Part shown: positions 41,972 through 55,250 of the stretch, piece after piece
How positions within the stretch are numbered: position 1 is the stretch's first letter
Layout of the letters: each line of letters opens with the position of its first letter
NCBI GenBank assembly: GCA_951406725.2
Contig: OX597816.1
Span: 29,016,001 to 29,080,000 of the forward strand
Direction of reading: 5' to 3'
Length of the DNA stretch: 64,000 nucleotides
DNA from: Octopus vulgaris
Taxonomy: Eukaryota
Notes under the pieces: model-generated
The model's database searches: none
Told to the model about the DNA's origin: nothing
Seen by the model: only the letters and a program-made list of their open reading frames with translations
Position numbers and translations under genes: made by a program

Positions 41972-43280
41972 TCTCTCTCTCTCTCTCATACTTTTCCTTT
42001 TCCTTTCGCGTGTAAACACAACTTTCGATAAGAACATGCTTAGAATAGGTTGTATAAATGTGCGTGGATTGGGTCGCCTTGGAAACAAGGCTACCTGTTA
42101 AATGTGCCGAGAGGAAGCTATCCCTAAAAGGTCGGGCGTAGGTGACGAACGCGTGCATCGTATCCGTCATCTTTTATCTTCTGACCCGACCTTACCATCA
42201 TCAATCTGGAACGCATACTCTTCCGCAGGCGATCCATTTGCTGTCAACACCCGCTAAATGGAGGGGTGGGCATGTCATGGTTGATGATGCGCAGACATTT
42301 ACCGAGACTGTGATACTCTCCAGCACTTCATAGACGACAGTGAACCGGTGTGGTCGCCGTTTGTGAGACGCACTTTCCTGCAACTCGTCTCTTTGGCCGA
42401 ATTGCAGTCGTAACTCAAACAGAAACCAAGGCTTGGTGAATGGCACCGAGAGTGTCGCTATGGTCTCGAGCAAATCTGCCGTCCGGGATCCAATTTGTGC
42501 GGCTTCAACTCCACGTAGGCGTTCAATAGAGGAATAGTGGAGGGGAGTTGCGACGACGTTCTTGGGGACAATCTGGTCGTCGACGAACACCTGACCCGCC
42601 ACTTCAGGACTACTTTCGGGCTGGGGCCTATGGACAATCACCAGAGATCCTTGGCCTGGCAGTGCTATCGGGAAGATAATTTTTATAGACACGGTTCAAG
42701 AAACACCGAACCGACCTGCCCGAGATGCGGTCAGAGCGACGAAACCTTTCTGCACGCACAGGGGCAGTGTCCAACCATTTCAGACCTGTGGGCCTATGTT
42801 GAACAGCTGCTGTCACGTATAGGACGAATTCGGTTATCGGCCGAATCTATCGTGAATATTGCTCCGCCACCTTCCTTTAACCGGAAAGGCTGAGCATTTG
42901 TCACCATACTGTTGTCTATGGTGAGAGGATGTGTATGGTGGACGCGTTTGAAAGGTTTAGAGAACAACACATTCCTCTCTGGCTAATCGCTCATCAACTT
43001 TTTGAAGTACCACTTCAAAAGAAAAGTGAGAATAGTGAGGGAATCTTTGTCTCATGATATTTTCAATAAAAGGTGGGTGAATGTAGGAAAGACGGTACGC
43101 GAGGATGACGACACCAGTTTGAGCACGATCCTGTAAATCCAAGAGAGAGAGAGAGATAGAGCCATTTGCTCTAATGTGTTGATAGAGCCATTTGCTCTCC
43201 CTGCCTGAGGTTGTCATGTTCTCTTTCATAGGCTTTTCTTTCCATTGATAAACCTAATATGTATTACACTTTTACTCCCT
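39900..43280 (+). mobile_element. Older, internally deleted Tx1/L1 element (ORF1 remnant, endonuclease start, ORF2 C-terminus, 3' UTR)
   Basis: ORF1-like MLPTYLGPRVTKI...VEGRKSRCHICG (zinc-knuckle-like). APE start MLRIGCINVRGLG at 42036 jumps at ~42100 into sequence homologous to 37840-39075. Confidence 0.8.
40690..41200 (-). mobile_element. Probable LINE C-terminal fragment inserted in the opposite orientation
   Basis: GC-richer block within an A-rich ORF1 remnant. Minus strand LWSRSEEQL...FFWRIKVER resembles the Tx1 tail (LWAYVEQLL...KRKVRVER). Confidence 0.45.
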
Positions 43281-44699
43281 ATTTAGGGAACTCTATTATA
43301 AACGGAGCATTGTTATTTCGCTGTTTACACGCCCCAAACGCTTTCGATCCGTTTTGATCGGGTTGTTTTTTGTAAAGAAAGGTTCTACGTATATACATAC
43401 ATATATCTGTATGTATATACGTATGTGCGTATGCGTTTGTGTGTGTTTGTGTGTGTATGTGTGTGTCCCCGCGTGTGTGCACGTGTGTGCATTTCTGTCT
43501 GCCTGCTGTCATTCACCATTCTTGCATCATTGCTTCTGCAGTCTGAACTTCTTTTTCTATTAGTGCTTCGCTATTTATTGCAGGCCGTAGTTTTCATTCC
43601 GATATAGAATACTCACGCTCCCGTCTTCAGACAGTACTCGAGGTCTTGGTGCACACAGGTCAACTAATGAGATTATTTCAAATGATCTTTATTTGTGTAG
43701 TATTTCATTTGATATAAAGAAGCTGTATGTGTAACGTTATTGCATGCAATTCATGTTTCCTTTGAGACAAGAAGATAAAATTGCAGCGACATCATTTCTG
43801 TTCCCGTTCTTTACTTTTATAAAACATAGGGAATATATAACAGATTGTGTGAGAAATTTTTTTGTGAATCGTTTCTAGGAGAAACCATTCACGTATAAAA
43901 ACAAAAAAAATGTTACATATATTACGTTATATAATTTCGCTTATATAACCCTTGGTGATAATAAATATAGATGTTACATTCTGTAAAAAAAAAATACAGT
44001 AAACAGATGTTATAAAGTATTGCAGTCAATTGTATTATTAACGCTTAGATACGAATATTCAAATCTACATACTACTGGAGGGTTGATATTCACCAACATA
44101 GTTTTGATGACTGTGCTCGTAGAAATAAAGATATTCACCAATAAAGTTACAAATTCTTCGGAAACTAGACTGCAAATATCAAATTTTTTTGAACAAAAAC
44201 GTCCAGGTTTATATACCTGTTTAGGTCTCTTAATTAAATTGATATCAGTATATGATATGTAGTGTTACAATACGGAGAGGAAAGAAGCCGAGGAATGTAG
44301 GAATCAAAGAATCAAAAGCTGGTAGAAAATGGAATATACATTCTGTGGGAAGGGTGATTGTGTTTACAGTTTCGTTCGTTTTCATACCACCCTGAACTTT
44401 GTATACTGGGGTTAAAACATTCACGAAAAGTGCGTAAGTACTCTAACCTGAAACGAACTATGGTATCATAATGCAAAAGTGAATGTTGATAACATTGCTG
44501 TCATAGAAACAGATTATTATAAAACCGCTTCGAAAATGAATCATACAGCATAGAAAACAGTTATAAGAAAACGTATTAAAAATTTCATAAGATTGTATAG
44601 GCTTCGTTCTGCTACTGGTATCAAATAGAAAGTGATGAGAGACAGTGTCAGATGACGTTGAGCCGTCCTCTCTCATATGTTCATGTTATGCGCAAGTAA

Positions 44700-45800
44700 T
44701 GACATCACATCATTACAGACATACCTTCATCTTCTGTGACGATGGACCAATGTCAGCTGCAGAATGGGTGCACTGGGATCTGTAGTCACCAATCAACACA
44801 CTCCTCAATGACCAAAGCAGCAGTGGAGTTCGGAAGACCCTGAGTGTCTGAGCATCCCTGTCTAGGATTTCTCTGCTTAAAATCATGGCATGAGAAAGGG
44901 GCTAGAAACGGTGCCTTAAACATTGCCCGCTTCACCACACCGTGGCTTACATACCGCGACACGCGGAGATCTGCACCTTTCAGTCGGAGATATCGTACAT
45001 TATTGGGACATGGAATGTTCGATCATGGACAGTGGCAAAGCAAACAGACCTGAATGACGGACAACACATGCCGCAAGAGAATGTCACTAGCACAACACCC
45101 ACATTGCAGTACAGTGGAAGACCAGGCGTGCAGACTAAAAGCTAAACCGCTTCCAAATGAACTTCCTGAGAAAGTTGTTGAACTTCACCTGGTAAGACAA
45201 GGTCCCAGACGAGGAATTACCCTCTCGATCAGATCTGCCAAGCATTTACACACTACTAAGAAGAGCGCAGGTCAGGTGGGGAGGCCTCCTTGCTCGAATG
45301 CTTGACGCACGACTCACCAAAATACCTATTTCTTTACTACCCACAAGGGGCTAAACATAGAGGGGACAAACAAGGACAAATAGACGGATTAAGTCGATTA
45401 TATCGACCCCAGTGCGTAACTGGTACTTAATTTATCGACCCCGAAAAGATGAAAGGCAAAGTCGACCTCGGCGGAATTTGAACTCAGAACGTAACGGCAG
45501 ACGAAATACGGCTACGCATTTCGTCCGGCGTGCTAACGATTCTGCCAGCTCACCAAAATACCGTTTTACCACGAACTGGTGGAAAGTAAGCTCTCACAAG
45601 GTGGACAGAAAAAGCGCTTCAAGTCTCAAAGCCTCACTGAATTACTTTGAAATCAATAATAGCACCTAGGTAATGCAGTACAGTACTGCCCTGCACGGCG
45701 AAGCTGCACCAACAGAGGCGGACCACCTGCGAACAGAAGAGAATAGTAGGAATCCTAAGAATAGAAGAGGATTACAGGAGCACAAAGAAAACATGCGGCA
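44700..45800 (+). mobile_element. Internally deleted RTE LINE (5' UTR, endonuclease start and C-terminus) interrupted by a SINE
   Basis: IGTWNVRS (APE N-terminus) at ~45000. C-terminal LRRAQVRWGGLLARMLDARLTKI|PFYHELVESKLSQGGQKKRFK is split by the SINE. Confidence 0.8.
45327..45548 (-). mobile_element. tRNA-derived SINE family C with TSD
   Basis: B-box-like gagttcaaattcc on the minus strand. Direct repeat ctcaccaaaatacc at 45313-45326 and 45549-45562. Confidence 0.9.
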
Positions 45801-46879
45801 GAGCATTCCATGCATGCATCAGACTAGTCGGTCATGGCCGGAACACATCGTAAACTATCTTCTCATAAGTGAGGTCCTTGGTCAACGGACAAACGTTATT
45901 TGCTTTCCTACTGAATGTTATCCAGTCTCCCGTACTGGTGGAAAATTTGTGCTGGTGCTGTTGATCTTAATTTTTTGTTTTTGCTTTTGATGGAAGCTTT
46001 GTTGGTATCGGAGTTGTAGGAAAAGCACATGCCGGTACTACTGCAACAGGATATGCTTTTATGAAGATTTTCGGTAAGGCTGCAACTGATGCCTTTGATC
46101 GTTACTTCGAATACTGGGGAGGTTCGTGAACGTACAATCTTCCTGTAGATATAATCACCAGGGTTGGGACTAGCGGCAGATTTCAGGGTTACGATTTGAT
46201 TATCATTGGGATGTTGGTGCTGCTGTAGCAGGCCGCTATGGTTCAAGTTGCTTTTATTCACAGATCATTTTGTCTCTGTTTCATGAATGAAACTGTAGTG
46301 ACTGTAAGGGCATAGCTTCACGTGTAAAGAATGGCAGCATATTTTTGAATTTCGTTTAAGGTGTGTTGTTGTTTTAAGAGGCATTGTATTGCGAATAGTG
46401 TTAGGCTTACATTGGTTTCACTTTGATGACAATGAGGCTGTGGACGTTGGAAAGGTAAAAACGAGTGTTGAGGTTGAACACATGCACAAGTAACTGTAAT
46501 AGTGGGGCTTGAGTTTTGTAGTGGTGACTCTGAGGCAGTGGTGAAGGGAAGGGTGTTGAATTTGGTTGAATTTGGTCAATATCAGAGGTAGAAAAAACTG
46601 GTTGAGGTTGGTCACTGAGAGCATTCACCGAAGATGAAATAGTAGTAGTAGTAGTAGTAGTAGGTGGAGTAGGAGCAGTAATTTTAGTAGAAGATGGAAA
46701 TAATGACGATGATGATGTTGATGGGGGTGAGTCTGCTGTTTTATGGTGGCCTAGATGACAGAATTGCTGTGGTCGATGTTGTGGCTGCTGTTACTACTGT
46801 GGTACTAGGAATTGTTGTTGCTGTTGCTGTTCCTGCCGATGGGAATGTTATAAGAGACCCCTGGTCTCACGTTGTTAGT

Positions 46880-47340
46880 GGCGCCTCTATTTCCAGTTTC
46901 CGATGCCCAAGAGAAGGTAACTGTTCTGCAATGCAAGCATTCATCAATCCGAGTAGAGGGTACTCCGGACTGCCTTGGTATGTTTACACCTTTTTATCTA
47001 CAGCGAGAAATTTTCTCCATGGCAAAATGCAGTGAACGGCTTTTTTACGGGTTTGCATTGGTAACAATTTTAGATTTTTACCTCTTGTCCGTGGTGCAGC
47101 AGCAGTGAGCTATAAATATGGAAAAGTATCGGATTGACTTAGAGTAACTGCTTGATCACCGAGGTACGTACCCTGTGGAATGTCGTTATTCTGGGATTTC
47201 TTCGGAAGAATCTTATTTTAGCCGCCTGTATTCGCGATGGTATTCTTCTGGTCAATACACTAAAAATTCATTTGGATAGATGAGGAAAACCAACTAGAAG
47301 CGTTAGGCTTTTTTAACAGTCTCTCCTCTTTTGGGGATCG
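46880..47340 (-). pseudogene. RTE-like LINE C-terminal remnant
   Basis: Minus frame RIQAAKIRFFRRNPRITTFHRVRTSVIKQLL*VNPILFHI matches the RTE pattern RIQAAEMRFLR.I.G.T..DRVRN..IR..L.V. Confidence 0.6.
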
Positions 47341-48738
47341 GATGTTGCAACTGGCGAAATGTGTAGCGTTCAATTCACCCGCATGTCTCCGATTGCTCTT
47401 GCACACGGTCCTGAGCAACTTAAACTTCCCCAAATGTATCAGTGGGCAAGTCTAAGTTTCTCATATTCGTATCTATGAACACACACGCGCGTGCACACAC
47501 ACACATAACACACACACACACATACATGCATATGAATTAATGGATGGATGCAAGTACGGTCAGCTGATCTCTAAATATGTCTTTACCATGAGATAGTTAA
47601 ATTTTATGTAGCAAATATTAAGGCTGTTAGAATACTTGTAATGAAAGGATATATTAAAATTATTTATAGATCAGAGAAGCTTTGGAAATTCCCGGGCATG
47701 AACGACCATTTATATAGAGTTAAATATTTTCCAACTGTGACCATTCAGTCATATTATACCTATGAATTCATTATATATCATAAACTACGTAGGGAATACT
47801 GCTATGTTCATTTGTCAGTGCATTTCGAGAATAGAGTAGTCACTTGACTGTAGGTGTGTTCAGTACACGTTCCAAATTACAGGCCTTCACTTGTCGATAT
47901 GAGCGTCAAAGTTTTCGGTAGACGTTTCAGGACTTACCAATGAAGTTACTATAAAGTAATATCTTCCTTTCATTGGTCTTCGCGAGATTATATTCATGTC
48001 TCGTTGAGAAGATCTACGCTGTCAGGCGTTCGAAAACTGTATTTTGCATTCTATAAGCAATGAGCCCATTTCTCATGTATTCTATCTTATGCAATATCTA
48101 ATGTGTGTTTCTTAAACTTGAGGTACGAAAGTCTGATTTTAGGAGGCTTCTCTTACAACTGATATCACTTAAGACGAACGGAGTGAGACGACCAATTTCG
48201 GTCCAGAGCATGATTCCTAAAAAGATACGAATAATGATTACTCACAGTGCCATTCAGCTTATAAGGTGAGATGTGCATCGTGCATTCTACAGTCATTGAA
48301 GTTTGTCAATAGACAAACTCACGCAACTAGAGATTATTTTAACGATAATGATATTTTTGTTTCGTCAGAAGTCTATCCAGATTCAATAGACTAGTCTTCA
48401 AACGATTTTAGCCGTGACAATACTGTATGTCCGTCAGATTTAAATACATGTACAGCCATACTCTTATTACGTCTCATTTCGAAAGATAGTAAGGTGAGAG
48501 GTGAGGGATATTTTCCTGCAAATTCTACCAAATAAAACGAATGTTATCAAACTCTTTTGTCAACTTCATTCTCAGAAGATTTGTGTCATAGGTGGAGGAC
48601 TTTTAATTCAATGTTTCAGCCTTATCAATATCTGCATGGCTTTATATTCATAACTCACTAGAAAACTATTTCAGGAAAAGGAAACCATTGTCAGCTGATA
48701 AATATCCCCTATCAAAGTGTTCTATGTTGAGAAGAACA

Positions 48739-48784
<46 letters not shown>

Positions 48785-48884
48785 ACACACACACAATCAC
48801 ACTCACGCACCCAAGCACAAACGCAAAAACGCACACATACATCGACTCAGAAATTGAAGCACAGAAACATATGATAGGATTATA

Positions 48885-48967
<83 letters not shown>

Positions 48968-48992
48968 AGGGAGGGGATAGAGTGGATATGTA

Positions 48993-49029
<37 letters not shown>

Positions 49030-50040
49030 CGAGAAAGAGAGAGAGAATACGAGATGCAGAAAAAGGCAAGTCGAGAAATATAAATGAAAGAAATCATAAA
49101 AATAATTTGGGCAAGAATAAGGAGAATGATAAACAGTAAAATAACTAATAAAAAATGGGGAAAAAATTAGGAAAAAATAATAAAGCTAATTTATAGACTA
49201 AAATGTAAAGATGTGATTGAGGAGAGGGAGAAAGTGAAATAGAAAAGTTCTTAGAAGAGAGATAATGAATGTGTAAGAATGAATGTCTAAAGAATTAAAT
49301 AGTGATAGCGTGGAAGTCCTGGGAAAGAGGGAAACAAACGTATACAAATAGAGAGAGGGAGGAGGCGAAAAAATAAATGAAAGACGTTGGCGAGAGAGTG
49401 AGGCTGATAGATGTGGGAGAGAGTGAGGCTGATAGATGTGGGAGAGAAAGACAGAGTGTGTGGGAATGAGAGGGAAAGAAGGGAGACATCACAAATAAAT
49501 AAGTGTTCTGGTGGAGTAGAGAATTGAGGAAAGAGATGAAGGGACTGAAATTCCTTAGTGATGTATTGTGACGTGAAGCGTGATGCAAGGTACCTTTATG
49601 GCTAAGTTTATAAATGGAGACTGAGAATGGAATTCGGATGTTCGTCACCATTGTGCATTTGATTTATTAATAGAGATATCTTCATAGCTACTAATGAATT
49701 GTTTGAATGTATACGTCTTTTTGTTTGCTAATATATTTTTACTGCTTGGAAAGTATTCCGTTGCGCCTACGCAAGCCTATTTTAGGACGTCTTTATTTTT
49801 AAAACATTCAGTTTCACCACACTATTCATTTGTGTGCAAATGCAGCGCACATACATACTTATATGCATATAGAGATACCGCCATATATATATATATATAA
49901 ATACATACATATATAATTACATATATGCATGCTTAAATTTATTAATGAGTGATATAGATATTTGTATTTAGTTTTCATATCGTCCCCCTGAGTCATCGCG
50001 CTACAGGCATTTTGTTCATGTCTGTGTATATGTATGGATG

Positions 50041-50083
<43 letters not shown>

Positions 50084-50114
50084 ATCTATACATACTTGTA
50101 TGAATATATGTATA

Positions 50115-50178
<64 letters not shown>

Positions 50179-50221
50179 AACATATATAATCAAAATAAGC
50201 AACAATGATATCCAGCGGTAA

Positions 50222-50308
50222 TGCAGTACGATCGTTTCATGCAACTCCAATTAATTGAAAAATGCAATCATTACATCAATTTAAAATGCAGAGCAATCTT
50301 CAGCTGCA
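50222..50308 (-). ncRNA. Type I hammerhead ribozyme with extended stem II
   Basis: Minus strand: tgcag-CTGAAGA-t-tgc...(~58 nt)...gca-t-GAAA-C-GATC-GT-A-ctgca. Perfect 5-bp stem I, intact core, palindrome ACGATCGT. Confidence 0.8.
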
Positions 50309-50619
50309 CGAAGACGTAAAATTTAATTAAATTAGAACAGATAGACATATTAGTATAATTATAACTAAAATCTCCAAGAACTTAAGGAGATAGAAAAAGA
50401 ATATGCTATCCCAACTCCAGTTTGGAAGTTATTGAATTTTTTAAAGAAGATATGCATTGCTACGACTCTGCCTGTCACTGATATTTTGTTTTGTTTTGTT
50501 TTTATGGGGTCTGTTTTAATTTATAGACTAGGTTATCAAACAAATTTCATAATAATAATTTAACTAGTATTAATCATAGCTACAGTAGAACTATTACAAA
50601 CAATAAATATAACCATATT

Positions 50620-51045
50620 TTAAATATATGCACATGTGAAGACAAATCAAAATTTTGGCTTAATAATTATTGCAATCTAGATAATGTCATTTATAAATGT
50701 ATAGTAACATCTAATAATAATGATAAAAATATTAATAATAAAGAATATATTGGATCCACAGCGAACGAAATTAAAAGAAGAATTTACCAGCATTATCAGT
50801 CTTTCAAAAATCTCATATTAAAAATTCTATAGGTCTAAGTAAATACATATGGGAGTTAAAATCTAATAAAATAGAATGCACCCATAATTGGTATATTATT
50901 TGTAGAGTGAACTCATATATAATAGGTAACAAAACGTACAACAGAGTTTATAAAAATACTCCAGTCGAGAGAGTTATCATTAAACAGTAATGAGGAGAGA
51001 AGAATAAAATTCCGACACAGGAATAGCTACGTATAATAAAATGAA
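50620..51045 (+). pseudogene. Penelope-like GIY-YIG endonuclease remnant
   Basis: ICTCEDKSKFWLNNYCNLDNVIYKCIVTS...KEYIGSTANEIKRRIYQHYQSFKN, then a frameshifted LSKYIWELK. Confidence 0.85.
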
Positions 51046-51731
51046 AAATATATAAATTAAAATAAGCAGCATATCATCTCCACACACTTATTATGAATAT
51101 AGTTACTAGAAGTTTTAACAGTATTTATAGTAGTATTATATACATATTTACTAAGAACTAAAAATTTATGAAACAATATTACCTTTAAAGGAATAGACAG
51201 GCCACATTTATGTAAAATAAATCTCAAAATCTACACTAAAATTCCAATTTATAGCTAGCTTTAGGATTATAACCGCATTTCTAGTTATTATCTCCCCTTG
51301 GCTTCAACATCTCTTATAATGTTATTTTTAGAGTATTTTTCAGAGTATTTTATTGTATTCTTTTGTGTTATAGCCAATTCCCATAATACTTAGCGTCTGA
51401 CAGTGGGAGTGGCCATTTGCACTTGAACAGGCAGGATTAAACTTTATGCCGTAAATTAATCTTTATTCACTTAGTTTCTAACGTAAGTGGTTGTATTTAT
51501 TAATTAATCTTTATTTTAGACTATTAACTCACATTTGTAATAAAATAAAATGTTTTATTATACTAGTATTGACAAGGGTATATTTTCCACTCAATTATTA
51601 ATTTCTATAATATTTATTTAGATATATTATAAGATTTAATGTTTCTAATTTAATCGTTAATAATTTCCTTAGGTTGAGCATTTTCAATCTATATCTTAAT
51701 AGTACTTTATGTATTTAATATTTCAAAATAT

Positions 51732-51958
51732 ACTCTTTTACTTGTTTAAGTCATTTGACTGCGGCTATGCTGGAGCAGCGGCTTTATAGTCGAACAAATC
51801 GAACCCAGAGCTTGTTCTTTGTAAGCCTAGTACTTATTCTATCGGTCTCTTTTGATTACCGCTAAGTTACAGGGACTTAAACACACCAGCATCGGATGTC
51901 AGGCGATGCTGAGTGGGGGAAAACAGACACAGAAATACATATACATACACACACACAC

Positions 51959-52004
<46 letters not shown>

Positions 52005-52155
52005 GACTGTCTTCTTCCAGTTTCCGTCTACCAAATCCACTCACAAGGTTTGGTCGGCCCGAGGCTATAGTAGAAGACACTTGCCCTAGGTGCCACGCAG
52101 TGGGACTGAACCCGGAACCATGTGATTGGTAATCAAGCTACTTACCATACAGCCT
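51732..52155 (-). mobile_element. SINE family A
   Basis: Reverse complement of the family consensus. Confidence 0.9.
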
Positions 52156-53362
52156 ATATATATTTGTAATTTTTGTTTTTAATATGATTTGTAAATTGTA
52201 ATTTTTAACTTTTACTCGTACATAATATGCATATCCTGAAGACGCACTGGTGGATTTATGTATTAAGTATAGCCTTAATACACACCCCAGAAGCGCAGAA
52301 ATATTTGTACTACCTTCTTTCCCCACAGATCCCTTGTGCTACCCTCCTTCCCCACAGATTAATAACAGGAAAGATATATTTATTTAACTAATTTTATCTT
52401 ATATTATTTTAATTATTTTATTTGATTTAATTTTCTCTACTTATACCATACCATGTAATTTTCACAGATTGATGGAAACAGCTACATGCGCGAGATGTGT
52501 AAACAATGTGAGTTTCTGTAAAACAAAATCAAATGTTATCTTCTGCTCAATTCAGACTATTTTGTATGTGTATTTTGTTTAAAGAGACCTTTTAACTGAC
52601 GTCACTGGTTTGCCGACCTTTTTCAGAAAACGACATCGAGTAGTTCTGGACACACTTGTTTTGCCAATGCACTTGAAAAACTCTTTTAAAATTTAGTATT
52701 TTTAAACCTTCCTGTATATCAACAGAGAATGTTGATAAACAGCCTTCGTCAGCTTTCTTGCGTGTCTTCGTAGGAGCTGTAACAAATGTTTTCACAGTTT
52801 GTTGATAACTTCCAATTATTTTAGATATGTCTAATGTTCATGCACCGTTTGCAAGTTCAAAAGTAATAACAGATTTCTCTGAAGCAGATAAGTCACATTT
52901 AGAACCAATAATAACACGATTATCAGCACACTCGTTAATAATTTGTAACACTGAAAGTTCGTACAAATTTATGCAGATGTCTGCGGTTTGTTTATATTTG
53001 AGCAAACTGTACGTTTTTTTATACATCACATGCATGCAACTGTTGTCATCTTTTTTTGGAAATATCCTTGAATTCCAGCGAGTAGTTTTTAGATAAAATA
53101 AAATAAAATAATGTTACATTGTTAACAATTTGAAGAACAAATGTGTATATATAAATGCATATATATGCATACGTATACATTGCAAAAAAATCTAGAATAT
53201 AAATATGTACATGAAAACAGATAATGTACAAGCGAACATTTGGCATCATTCAAGAACATTTAATTTAAATTTTTAATATGATGCAGGGTAGTTATAATAA
53301 AAATATTTAACTTTTTTAGAGCTGTTCCTAGAATAGCTAAGCATGTGGAGCCTATGCTATTG

Positions 53363-53783
53363 GGATCTTTTCGGTTTGAACGGCAGTTTTTTCTAGCGAT
53401 GTCATATGAAATTGTCACCCATAATTATGACCCTAGAATCGATCTATTGCATTTCAATCTGTTTTAGGGTTAGGGTTAGTTAGGGTGGGAGAAGGATATT
53501 TTTTTTTCTTCACAAATGTAAATAAACCCAATCTGTTTCTTAAACGAGGGACATATTCATATGGCACATAATGCTTTTTAACTCAATAGACGTTACTGAT
53601 TGGTTGAAATTGCAAAAATTGAAGAAAAAAAAAACAACAAATATCTTACAAACTATAGAATGTTCTCAATAAAGCCAAGAGAAAAAGATGCTTTATAAAC
53701 ACATTCTACCAGTATACGAAGTTTAAAAGTGTTTAGTTACCTAAAAATTATGTTAAAAACTGCCGTTCAAACCGAAATGATCC
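53363..53783. mobile_element. MITE, second copy (8-bp TSD)
   Basis: Same TIRs as 27230-27639; flanks tgctattg / tgtcattg; internal ttagggttagggtt. Confidence 0.88.
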
Positions 53784-53994
53784 TGTCATTGAATACGGAA
53801 TTCCATGTAGGCTAAGTATTCCGTCATCGGGGAGAGAAATTAAAAAAATAAAGAAGTATAGAAATATAGAATGACAGATATATATAGAAAATCGTCAGTC
53901 GTGGACATTAGAAGTTAACAGGTTTTCGAGGGACCAAGGATTGTGCATAGTGAAAATAGATATGTTTGATAATTCCATGGTCGTGGAGTTAATG

Positions 53995-54530
53995 TTGGCA
54001 TCCTTTTTGTCTCGGGAGACAATGGAGTTGCGCATGAAAAGAATCTAGTCCGGCTTTTACATTTCATGTCCTAATACATCTCCTACTGTGGCTGTGTAGT
54101 CCTATCCTGGACAAACACTCCCTCTGGCGGGTGCCGCAAATGTAGCGAAGACTTTTCCTGGCTGGTTGTAATGTCATAGTTTCTTGTTGACGTCTTATCT
54201 TGTTTTTCCATTTCTCCTCTCTCTCTGTCACTCCTTTGTGTTCCCTCTTTTACGGTACGTCGCCAATCTCCACGGTTGCTGGCAACTGCTTCCCAGTTAC
54301 TAATATTGATGTTGCTGGCCTTCATGTCCCTTTTGCAAACATCCTTGTATCTTAAGAACGGTCTTCCCACAGACCTAGTGCCCCTAGCGAGCTCTCCATA
54401 GAGTATGTCCTTGGGGATTCTGCCATCTTCCATACGGCTAACATGTCCAAGTCATCTCATACGTCTTTGTGTGAGGAGTGCAAACATGCTTGGAATTCCT
54501 GCTTGCTTGAGGACATCTTTGTTAATAATA
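53995..54530 (-). mobile_element. RTE LINE 3' fragment
   Basis: RMEDGRIPKDILYGELARGTRSVGRPFLRYKDVCKRDMK is a classic RTE C-terminal motif. Confidence 0.9.
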
Positions 54531-54796
54531 ACCCTATTAAATAATAACCCTCGATAAAATGAAATGCCACTTAGCAGTTCCACAGTTGAAGTTTTGGGGC
54601 AACGGTTGTTACTAGCTCAATCTTTGAACAGAAAGGGAATCAGATTTGAGTTGGAAGGCCTTGAAAGAGTATATTACTGTGTGAAGGATTGATACAATGG
54701 GAAATGATTGAGAGTGAGATTAGTCTGAATAAGGAGTTTGTAGGTTTGACATAGGTATTAAGATGAATGTATACACACACACTGACACACATGCAC

Positions 54797-54831
<35 letters not shown>

Positions 54832-54834
<3 letters not shown>

Positions 54835-55046
54835 TTAGCACACCGGGCGAAATGCGTAGTCGTATTTCGTCTGCCGTTACGTTCTGAGTTCAAATTCCGC
54901 CGAGGTCGACTTTGCCTTTCATCTTTTCGGGGTCGATAAATTAAGTACCAGTTACGCACTGGAGTCGATGTAATCGACTTAATCCGTTTGCCTGTGCTTG
55001 TTTGTTCCCTCTGTGTTTAGTCCCTTGTGGGTAGTAAAGAAATAGG
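54832..55046 (+). mobile_element. SINE family C
   Basis: Reverse complement of 45327-45540. Confidence 0.9.
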
Positions 55047-55250
55047 TATACATGCAGTGGTATATCACCACACATGTTTGCACAGACAGATACACTCAGC
55101 ATGTGGCTATACATTTGTACATACATATGCCCATAGAGATGATCATTTGCACATGCGCATATACAAACATGTCTGTGTGCATACATACATGCATAAATAC
55201 ATAAATACATAAACACACATACGTTCATGCATACATATATACATACATAT

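Noticed and set aside
44450-44680. Hydrophobic minus-strand peptide faintly resembling Cys-loop receptor TM1-TM2
   Set aside because: Four stop codons in a short span and weak similarity.
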